Below are positions 17,324 through 25,200 of a stretch of 35,646 nt of DNA, piece by piece. Numbering within the stretch: the stretch's first letter is position 1; every line of letters starts with the position of its first letter. The stretch is from Candidatus Woesearchaeota archaeon. Its GTDB lineage: Archaea > Nanobdellota > Nanobdellia > Pacearchaeales > GW2011-AR1. The notes under the pieces were generated by a model. The model did no database searches, had not been told where the DNA came from, and saw only the letters and a list, made by a program, of their open reading frames with translations. The stretch is taken from positions 1 through 35,646 of the forward strand of contig CAZAAB010000002.1 of NCBI GenBank assembly GCA_964483015.1. The letters are read 5' to 3'. The position numbers were made by a program, and so were the translations under genes.

Positions 17324-18451
17324 ATGGCTAAAATTAGTCCTACTTCAATTAAGTATATGGTCTATGCCAAATTTAAGGCAGAAGGGACAGTAGAAAAGCC
17401 TGACATAATTGGGGCTTTATTTGGACAGACAGAAGGCTTACTTGGAAGTGACTTAGATATGAGGAGATTACAGAAAGAAGGGAAGATAGGAAGGATTGAA
17501 GTTGAGGTTGAAAAGAAAAACAGCAAGACTGTTGGAAAAATAGAAATTCCTTCAGCTTTAGACAAGACAGAAACAACTTTAGTAGGTGCAGCTTTAGAAA
17601 CTATTGAAAAAATAGGGCCAAGTGTTGCAGAGATTGAAATTGAAAAAATAGAAGATGTGAGAAAAAGCAAGAGAGATTACATTTTGAAAAGAGCTAAAAA
17701 GCTTTTGGAAAAAGTTGAAGAAAAAATGCCAAAGTCAAGAGAAATGACAAGCAATCTAATCTCAGAGTCGAGAACAAGAAAAATCAAAGAGTATGGTGAA
17801 GAAAAGCTTCCAGCTGGCAATATTGATGAAGATGAAGTGATTGTTGTAGAGGGAAGAGCAGATGTTCTTAACTTGCTGAGAAATGGTGTTGAAAATGTTA
17901 TTGGTATGGATGGTACAAGACTTCCAAAAGCTATTGAAAAGTTGAGCAAAGATAAGGAGATTACTTTATTTGTAGATGGTGACAGGGGGGGCAAGTTAAT
18001 TATCAAAAATGTTACTGACAATGCTGATGTGAATTTTGTAGCATCTGCACCTGATGGCAAAGAAGTTGAAGAGCTGACTGGCAAGGAAATCTTATCTGCT
18101 TTAAGGAAGAAAAAGCCTGTTAAAGAGTTTAAAAAAAGTGAGAAGAAAGAAGATAAGGAAAAAGTTGATATCAGTAAAAAAGAGAACAAAGAGAAACTTA
18201 GAAAAAAACTTGACAAGATTGAAAACTCAAAGTCTGTCTTATTGTTAGATGACCAGCTTGAAGTTCTTTCAAGGGTATCTACCAGGGGGGCTTTTTCAAA
18301 ACTGAAAAAGCTCGGTAAGAAAACTTACTGTGTTATTGCTGATAAGGCTACAAAGGGCATAATAAAGGCTGCTGAGAAAAACAATGTTGAGAACATTGTT
18401 GCAAACAACTTTGCTTTTCCAAGCGAGAAAGTTAACTTAATCAGCCTTTAA
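17324..18451 (+). CDS. dnaG: Archaeal DnaG-type primase / exosome-associated TOPRIM protein
   Basis: N-terminal GALFGQTEGLLG and TOPRIM VIVVEGRADVLNL...DGDRGG. GGAGGT at 17307-17312 precedes the ATG. The track start at 17318 is a TTG. Confidence 0.9.
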   Translation: MAKISPTSIKYMVYAKFKAEGTVEKPDIIGALFGQTEGLLGSDLDMRRLQKEGKIGRIEVEVEKKNSKTVGKIEIPSALDKTETTLVGAALETIEKIGPSVAEIEIEKIEDVRKSKRDYILKRAKKLLEKVEEKMPKSREMTSNLISESRTRKIKEYGEEKLPAGNIDEDEVIVVEGRADVLNLLRNGVENVIGMDGTRLPKAIEKLSKDKEITLFVDGDRGGKLIIKNVTDNADVNFVASAPDGKEVEELTGKEILSALRKKKPVKEFKKSEKKEDKEKVDISKKENKEKLRKKLDKIENSKSVLLLDDQLEVLSRVSTRGAFSKLKKLGKKTYCVIADKATKGIIKAAEKNNVENIVANNFAFPSEKVNLISL

Positions 18452-18470
18452 TTTTTTATTTTTATTTTTT
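18452..18470 (+). terminator. Oligo-T tract after dnaG (TTTTTTATTTTTATTTTTT)
   Basis: Archaeal termination typically uses T-runs. Three runs lie directly after the stop codon. Confidence 0.35.
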
Positions 18471-18510
18471 ATAAAGAAACTTTTAAAAACCTACTTGCAG
18501 TTAGTTTGTT

Positions 18511-18954
18511 ATGGAAAAGAGGAATTTTATTATTTTTGTAATTATCTTAATTTTAGCAGCTTTAATAGTTTATTTTATTTTTTTCTATTATCAAAATTGT
18601 GAGACAAAAGGCTGCTTTGATAAATCTTTAGCAAAATGCAGTAAAGCAGAATATGTTAGTGAGACTGAACAAGCTTCATGGCTTTATAAGGTTAAAGGTA
18701 AAGAGGGGGATAACTGTAAGGTGGAGGTTAAACTGCTTCAGTTGAAGCAGGGCGATGAAAAATTAACAAGTCTTGAAGGGAAGAAGATGAAATGTTATCT
18801 TCCTTATGGTTTAGTAAGTAGGCCAGAAAGAAGCTTAGAAAGGTGTCATGGCTTGTTAAAAGAAGAAATGCAGAAGGTTATCATTAACAGGCTTCATTCT
18901 TATATTGTTGATAATCTTGGCGAAATAAGTGAAGGTTTAGAAGAGCCTTTATAA
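18511..18954 (+). CDS. Signal-anchored Cys-rich protein of unknown function
   Basis: 147 aa with an N-terminal TM helix (FIIFVIILILAALIVYFIFF) followed by a domain containing 8 Cys. Confidence 0.6.
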   Translation: MEKRNFIIFVIILILAALIVYFIFFYYQNCETKGCFDKSLAKCSKAEYVSETEQASWLYKVKGKEGDNCKVEVKLLQLKQGDEKLTSLEGKKMKCYLPYGLVSRPERSLERCHGLLKEEMQKVIINRLHSYIVDNLGEISEGLEEPL

Positions 18955-18964
18955 TTCTTTTAAA

Positions 18965-19753
18965 ATGATAAGATTTGGGCCTGCAGGTTTAGGAAGTATT
19001 GATAAGAGTGTTGAAAGATTGAAAACTTATTTTGAAAAAGGCATAAATGCCTGTGAAATACCTTTTACATATGGTGTTTATATGAAAGAAGACAAGCATA
19101 AAAAAGATATTGAAGAGATAAGGAAAGCAGCTGAAAAATTCGATATTAAACTTTCAATACATGCCCCTTACTGGATTAATTTAAACAGCAAGGAGAAAAA
19201 GAAAATTGAGGAAAGCAAGAAAAGAATATTAAGAAGCTGTAAAATTGGAAGCAAGTTAAATGCTGAAAATATTGTTTTTCATCCCGGGTATTATGGCAAG
19301 AGAAGCAAGGAAGAAACATATGAGAATATAAAAAATGCCATAATTGATATGAAGAAAGAGATTAAGAAAAATAAGTGGAAAGTGAGGTTGTGCCCTGAAA
19401 CTACTGGGAAGATAAATGTTTTTGGTAAAGAAAAAGAAATTTTAAAATTAGTTAAAGATACTGGCTGTTCATTTACAATTGATTTTGCACATTTAAAAGC
19501 GAGAAGCCAGGGCAAGAAAACATATAAAGAAATGTATAAACCATTTAAATCTTTTAAAAGATTACATTGTCATTTTTCTGGGATTATCTGGGGTGATAAA
19601 GGTGAGAGAAAACATAAGAAAACTGAAGAAAAAGAATTGAGAAAATTGTTTGATGTTTTGCCAAAATCAAAATACATTACTATAATCAATGAATCACCGC
19701 AGCCGATTGAAGATTCGGTTGTGTCAATAAAATTATGGGGAAAAATTAGTTAG
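18965..19753 (+). CDS. nfo: AP endonuclease family 2 / endonuclease IV-like TIM-barrel protein
   Basis: 262 aa with IRFGPAG, LSIHAPYWINL, IVFHPGYYG, ETTG and DFAHL, which match the Nfo/xylose-isomerase-like metal-binding pattern. Confidence 0.75.
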   Translation: MIRFGPAGLGSIDKSVERLKTYFEKGINACEIPFTYGVYMKEDKHKKDIEEIRKAAEKFDIKLSIHAPYWINLNSKEKKKIEESKKRILRSCKIGSKLNAENIVFHPGYYGKRSKEETYENIKNAIIDMKKEIKKNKWKVRLCPETTGKINVFGKEKEILKLVKDTGCSFTIDFAHLKARSQGKKTYKEMYKPFKSFKRLHCHFSGIIWGDKGERKHKKTEEKELRKLFDVLPKSKYITIINESPQPIEDSVVSIKLWGKIS

Positions 19754-20093
19754 TTTTTAGTTTACCTCTAATTTCTTGTAATCTTTTAGTTCTTTTTTCT
19801 CTCTGCTGCCTCAAATATTCTTTACCTGCAAAATCATAAAGAGTTTCTAATTGTCCATCATCTGCAGAAAGCAGTGTTGTTTCCTCCCTTCCAAGTTCAG
19901 TTTCATGGCTATTGCCCATAACTACTCTTACCCCAAACCCTCCATAAAAAGTTCCAAAATTGTACAGTTCTACTCTGGCATCTTCATCAACTGTTCCCAC
20001 ATACTTATGGTGTTTTCTCTCCCACTTTTCAACTTGCTTTACTAAAGACGACATTTCTTCTAAAGTTAAATCTGATTCTTCTTCCATATTCAA
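19746..20093 (-). CDS. Orphan 115-aa protein
   Basis: An ORF with a TTTATAAATA box about 25-30 nt upstream of its ATG on the minus strand. Its composition resembles the other orphans. It overlaps the nfo end by 8 nt, convergently. Confidence 0.55.
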   Translation of the reverse strand: MNMEEESDLTLEEMSSLVKQVEKWERKHHKYVGTVDEDARVELYNFGTFYGGFGVRVVMGNSHETELGREETTLLSADDGQLETLYDFAGKEYLRQQREKRTKRLQEIRGKLKTN

Positions 20094-20131
20094 AAAACAA
20101 CTTTAATATTTATAAAGATTTACATTATTAT

Positions 20132-20181
20132 AAAAACCTTGTTTGTTACCCCTCCTTTAGGATGGGGTTTGTTAGGTTTTT
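20132..20181 (-). terminator. Long imperfect hairpin followed by TTTTT, downstream of the AbrB-like gene
   Basis: Outer stem AAAAACCT/AGGTTTTT, inner stem CCCC.CC/GG..GGGG. On the minus strand it is followed by a T-run. Confidence 0.3.
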
Positions 20182-20258
20182 AAGACTGTTCGAAAATGAT
20201 TCATCTGCATCCTGAGGGGGGCAGTTTTCGCACCTTGTATTTTCAGCATAAAAAACAT

Positions 20259-20663
20259 TTATCTTGCCTTTCTTATGTCTTTCTTAAGCTTTTCAAGCAA
20301 TGCTTTATTCATCATTGCTTCAGCTCTCATAATTCTTGCCCTTACTTCTTTTTTATTCTTTATATCCTTTTGAACTGTAGAAAAAGGTATTAATGTTATT
20401 TTAAAATCTTTTTTAATTATCTTTTTTATTTTATCGGTAATAACAAGAACTTCAACTGGCTTTTTTCTCATTAAAAAAATACCCCTTATTTCTTTAAAAT
20501 CATTTTTCAGTTTTTCTAAGACTTCTTTTTTTAAGTTGAGTGGTTTTTTTAACACCCTAACTTTAACCTTGCTTCCTAATAATCTTTTAGGCAAGATAAC
20601 TCCTGCTGAGTTGCCTACTTTTACTGTATCTTTTATAAATTCTTTTCTTATTTTTTCAGGCAT
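20259..20663 (-). CDS. AbrB/SpoVT-type DNA-binding domain protein with a basic C-terminal extension
   Basis: The N-terminus VKVGNSAGVILPKRLLGSKVKVRVL matches the swapped-hairpin AbrB/MazE motif. 134 aa. Confidence 0.65.
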   Translation of the reverse strand: MPEKIRKEFIKDTVKVGNSAGVILPKRLLGSKVKVRVLKKPLNLKKEVLEKLKNDFKEIRGIFLMRKKPVEVLVITDKIKKIIKKDFKITLIPFSTVQKDIKNKKEVRARIMRAEAMMNKALLEKLKKDIRKAR

Positions 20664-20812
20664 TTTTTCTTTAACTCTTTAGTTTTTTGATTATAGAACT
20701 TTTTCCAAAAGTTCCATGTCTAATATTTCTTTAGGTTTGGCTGCAGCCTTTTAACTTGATATGTTTATGCTTAATTTTTTTAGATCAACAGATTTTGATT
20801 TCTAAAAATTTT

Positions 20813-20847
20813 CCAAGTTTTGCTCTTAATCTTTTCAAAAAAGATTA
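20813..20847 (-). repeat. 35-nt hairpin-plus-tail repeat, copy 2 (inverted relative to 17026-17060)
   Basis: The reverse complement is TAATCTTTTTTGAAAAGATTAAGAGCAAAACTTGG. Weaker similarity continues about 25 nt further (TGGAAAA...AATCAAAA). Confidence 0.85.
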
Positions 20848-20848
20848 C

Positions 20849-20867
20849 GTTATAACTATGTTATAAC
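20849..20867. promoter_or_regulatory. Tandem palindromic octamers GTTATAAC-TAT-GTTATAAC in a divergent promoter region
   Basis: Two identical self-complementary 8-mers, 11 bp centre to centre, between the AbrB-like gene (-) and the surface-protein gene (+). Confidence 0.35.
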
Positions 20868-20999
20868 CCTATTTATACCTTTTGGTCGAAAATTAACTAC
20901 AAGTTGGTAGTGATGTGTTGTCACCACAAAGTTTATAAAGAAGCTTTTAGTTTTTAAACTAATTAAATAAATAAATTGACTAAGGGAGAAATAAAAAAA

Positions 21000-22205
21000 A
21001 TGATGAGGAAATTTTTAGTTTCCTTGATTGCTTTTTTAACTTTATTGACTTTGACTACTTTAGTTGTTGCTGATAACAGCTTGAATGTTAGTGATGTTCG
21101 TATTTTTGTAGATGACTTTGAAGTTGATGGTGTTAGTGGTGTTAGTGTTGAAGCTGGCGATGTTGTTCCGGTTGAAATTTTCTTTAAAGCTGGAAAAAAC
21201 GCTACTGATGTAGAAGTTTCTGCATGGGTAGAAGGTGAAAGAAGTGACGCAGCTGAAAAAGATTTTGCCGACTTAATTGAAGGCAAGAGCTATCACGCAA
21301 GACTTTCTTTGAGATTTCCTGAAGACCTTGATGAAACAGAAGAAGATTTGACTTTATTTGTAAGAATAGAGGCAGATGGAGGAAGTTTTGAAGACGAGTT
21401 TGATATCAATGTACAGAGAGAACCTGACAAGGCATCAATAATCTTTGCAGAAACTGTAAGAGAAGTTGAAGCAGGATCTTCATTTCCTGTTGATATTGTC
21501 TTAAAGAATCTGGGAAGGCATGAACTTGACGATGCAATTGTAAGGGTAAGCATTCCTGAACTTGGGATAAGCAGAAGAGCTTATTTCGGAGACTTAGTAG
21601 CTGTTGAAGATAATGGTGATAATGATGATGAAGATGCTAGAGAGAGAAGAATCTACTTAAGAATACCTTCAAATGTTGAATCTGGTGTTTATGATTTAGT
21701 AATTGAAGGTGGCAACGAAGATTCAGTTGACAGAATGGAAACAAGCATTTCTATTGCTGGAGCTGAAGGGGCAACAAAAGTTATTGTTCCTGTTAAAAGC
21801 AGAGAAATAGCTCAAGGAGATACTGAAACCTATGAAGTTATAATTGTTAACAAGGGAAACAGTGTTGGTGTTTATGAAGTAATGCCACAAACTAGCGAGA
21901 ACATAGTTGTTAGTGTTGATAATCCTGTAGTTACTGTGCCTGCTGGAGAAAGCAAGACAGTTAACATTCGAGTTAAAGGTCTTGAAGAAGGAACACACTC
22001 TTTTGGAGTTGATGTGACAGCAGACAACAATCTAGTTGAAAGTGTAGCTCTAACTGGTTCTGTAACTGGAGAAACACAAGTTAGTGATATAGCAATCTTG
22101 ACAATTGTTTTAGCAATAATTTTTGTAGTATTGCTAATTGTCTTAATTGTCTTGTTAACAAGGAAACCTACAGCAGAAGAAGAACTTGAAGAAAGTTACT
22201 ACTAA
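21000..22205 (+). CDS. Acidic cell-surface protein with an N-terminal signal/TM helix, beta-sandwich-like repeats and a C-terminal TM anchor
   Basis: ATG at 21000 after AGGGAG; the track start at 20976 is a TTG. It has repeated motifs typical of CARDB/COG1361-like S-layer domains (AGxxxPVxIxxKNxG...) and the C-terminal helix ILTIVLAIIFVVLLIVLIVLL. Confidence 0.7.
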   Translation: MMRKFLVSLIAFLTLLTLTTLVVADNSLNVSDVRIFVDDFEVDGVSGVSVEAGDVVPVEIFFKAGKNATDVEVSAWVEGERSDAAEKDFADLIEGKSYHARLSLRFPEDLDETEEDLTLFVRIEADGGSFEDEFDINVQREPDKASIIFAETVREVEAGSSFPVDIVLKNLGRHELDDAIVRVSIPELGISRRAYFGDLVAVEDNGDNDDEDARERRIYLRIPSNVESGVYDLVIEGGNEDSVDRMETSISIAGAEGATKVIVPVKSREIAQGDTETYEVIIVNKGNSVGVYEVMPQTSENIVVSVDNPVVTVPAGESKTVNIRVKGLEEGTHSFGVDVTADNNLVESVALTGSVTGETQVSDIAILTIVLAIIFVVLLIVLIVLLTRKPTAEEELEESYY

Positions 22206-22253
22206 GCTTTCTTTATTTTTTTATCTTTTTTTATTTTATATTTTTACTTAGAA
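22206..22253. terminator. T-rich convergent spacer between the surface-protein and SMC-like genes
   Basis: Several T5-T7 runs on the plus strand, directly after the stop codon. Confidence 0.3.
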
Positions 22254-25200
22254 TCAAACCTCTAATGTTACTATTTTGCTAACACCTTTTTGCATTGATA
22301 CCCCGTATAATACTGATGATTCTGTAATAAGGGCATCATTATGAGTAATGATTATGTACTGGCCTGTTTTCATATGCTTTTTAATTAATGCTGCAAGTCT
22401 TTCGCTATTCCTTTTATCTAAAGCAGCATCAACTTCATCAAATATGTAAAAGCAGTAAGGCTTATATTCCTGAATTGCAAATAATAAAGAAAGGGCTACA
22501 AGTGTTTTTTCTCCCCCTGATAAAGAAGATATGTCAAAATACTTGCCCCTGCCTATCTTAATCTCAATATCAAGACCAGCTTCAAAAATTTCGTTTTTAT
22601 TTTCAGGCCTTAAAAAAGCTTCTCCCTTTTTTGACAGCTGTCTAAAGTTTCTGTTAAAAAGCTCGTTTACTGCTTTTAGGGTTTTCATAAAGACTTTTTT
22701 CTTTTTTTTGTCAATCTTTTCAATAACTTTCAATATCTCTTCTTTTTCTTTCATCAGCTTTTCAGCTTTTTCTTCAACTTTATCATACTCTTTTTTTACC
22801 CTGCTATAAACTTCCAAAGACTTAAGGTTTACTGCCCCCATCTTCTCAATTCTATTCTGTGTTTTTTCTAACTTACTTTCTAATGTGTGCACTGGCTGGT
22901 TTATTACCTTAACATTTTCATACGGCTTAAAGTCTGTTTCAAGGTTTTCTAACTCTGCGTCAATTCTTGCTTTTTCTATTTTTAAATCATTTTCTTTTTC
23001 TTCTATCCTGCTAATATTGTTTTGTATTTCTAATATAAATGAATTTTTTTCATGTATTTGTTTTTGCAAAGAATTTTTTTCTTCATTTAGATTTTTAAAA
23101 ATTTCTTCAAGTTCAGACTGTTTTTCTTCTTTTTCTTCCAACTGTTCTCTTTTTTCCTGCTCTTCATCTTCCAACTCTTCAAGTTCTTCTTCTAAATCTT
23201 CTTGCTCCCTAAAACTCTGCTTTTGCTCTATTTTTAATTTTTCTAAATCTCTTTCTTTTGACTCTTGCTCTGCATTAACTGTTTCCTTTGTTCTTGAAGA
23301 AATTTCCTGAATTTCTAAAAAAATCTTGTCATAATCTTCTTCAATGTTTTTTAGTTTTGAAAGCTTATTTTTTATCTCTTTCTGCTTTTTACTTAAATCT
23401 TGTATCTGTTTTTCTATTTCTTTTTTCTCATTTTCTATCTTTTTTATGGCTTCTTTTTTTTCTTCAACCCATTTTAAGTTTACTAAGTCTTTTTCTGCTT
23501 TTTCTCTTTCCTGCTGTATTTTTTTCATTTTCTCTTTTAAGTTTGAAATTTCTTCTTTAGTTTTTTCAGAATCTAATTTTTCTAACTTTTCTTTATAGTT
23601 TGAAATTTTTTCATCACAATCGGTTTTAACTTGTTCTATATGCTTGGAGGTTATCCTGCTTTTACATAGGGGGCATATATCTAAATTTTCTACTTTTTCC
23701 TTCACTTCTTGTAATCTCGCTATTTCTGATTTATAGATAGAAGAATTGTTTTCTTGCCCTCTTATTAATTCTTGTTTATTTTCTACTGTATTTCTTGTCT
23801 CTTTTTCTTTTTTTTCCAGTTCTTTGACCTGTTTTTCTGCTTTTTCAATTTCTTTATACTTAAGCTTATCAGAAAGATTATCAACCTGGTTAAATAAGAA
23901 CGAGGATTCGTTTTGTTTCTCATTTAATAAATTCTCCCTATCTTGTTTTTTATCTTTAATACTCTTTAATTTTTCTTTTAAATTATAAGATTTCTTTTTC
24001 TTAGCTTCTGCCTGCTCTAACTGCTTTTTCTTTTCATTTAATTCTTCTTGCTTGCCTGTCTGCGGTTTTTCTTTTCTTAATCTTTTGATCTCTTTTTCTA
24101 ATTTTTCTTCCTCTTTTTTTCTTTTTTCCCTCCTTTCCTTAATTTCTTCTAATCTTGACTGGTTGTTTTCTTCCCTTACTTCTATTCCTACTAGGTCTGC
24201 CCTTAAATTAGAAATTTGAGATTGTAGATTTTCTTGTCTTACCCCTGTCTTTCCTTCTATATCTTTATCAATTTTGTTAATTCTTTTTTCAAACTGCTTT
24301 ATCTCTTGCCTTGCTTTTTTTTCCTGATTTCTTTTTTCCTGCTTTTTATCTTCTTTTTCTTCTAACTCCTGGATAAAATTGGAAAGGTTCTTTTTTTTCC
24401 TGCTTATCTTTCTCTTTAATATGCTTGCCTTATACCTTTTTACTCTTTTCTTGAATTTTTTAAATTTTAAAGCCTGCCTTCTTTCTTTTTCCAGATTTTT
24501 TAAATAACTTCTTCTTTCTCTTAATGTTGCTGAAACCTGCTTAAATTTTTCATCTGTTTTTTCTAACTCGTTTAAACTTTTCTTTTTTCTGTCTTCATAA
24601 ATGCTTATCCCGGCAACCTCTTCTATAATCTCTCTTCTTTCTTCTGGCTTCATTTTCACTATCTCCTGGATTTCTCCCTGTAAAACTATATTAAAGCCGT
24701 AAGGGTCTATGCCTGCCTGAGCAAGCAGGTCTATTATTTCCTGTCTTGTTTTTGTTTCTTTATTTATTTTATATGTGCTTTGCCCATTTTTTCTGACAAT
24801 TCTTTGTATAGAAACCTCTTTACTGTCTACTGAAAAAGTTTTATCTTTATTGCTGAAAACTAAATTTACACTTGCCTCTTTTTCTGGCTTTCTCCCTTTT
24901 GCCCCTGCAAAAATTAGATTTGAAGCTCTTTCTGCCCTCATACTCTTAATTGACATTCTACCTAAGACAAAACATAAAGCATCTACTATGTTACTGTTAT
25001 GAACAAAAATATTATTTGCTATAAAGTTATGGTGCAATTCCACACATAAATCATATACCCATTTTTCTCCCGGGATTTCTTCTATTTTAATTATCTCATC
25101 CCAAAAGATGTCTGAATTTGCTAATGTGTTGAGTTTTTCTTTTGATTCTGAATGTCCATTAAAAACTTTTTCGCATAATAATTTCAAGCCATCTCTTGAA

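Noticed and set aside
17362-18216. Minus-strand ORFs inside dnaG. Similar antisense ORFs occur inside rpoB, rpoA, nusA, EF-2, EF-1alpha, gap, pgk, rnhB and the kinase.
   Set aside because: Same antisense low-complexity artefact. Each overlaps a gene with strong family signatures.
20186-20245. A GC-richer stretch (CATCCTGAGGGGGGCAGTTTTCGCACC) and the 65-aa ORF at 20196-20393, considered as an sRNA or small gene.
   Set aside because: I could not draw a convincing stem or box motifs. The ORF largely overlaps the AbrB-like gene on the other strand.
713-20847. The possibility that the hairpin-plus-...AAAC tail repeats are CRISPR repeats or a degenerate array.
   Set aside because: The copies are isolated or irregularly spaced, differ in stem sequence, have no repeat-spacer periodicity, and no cas genes are present.
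22900-24600. Apparent tandem repeats (ttcttttt / tttctttt runs) across 1.7 kb.
   Set aside because: They reflect AAA/GAA (Lys/Glu) codon runs of the coiled coil on the minus strand. There is no exact unit length.
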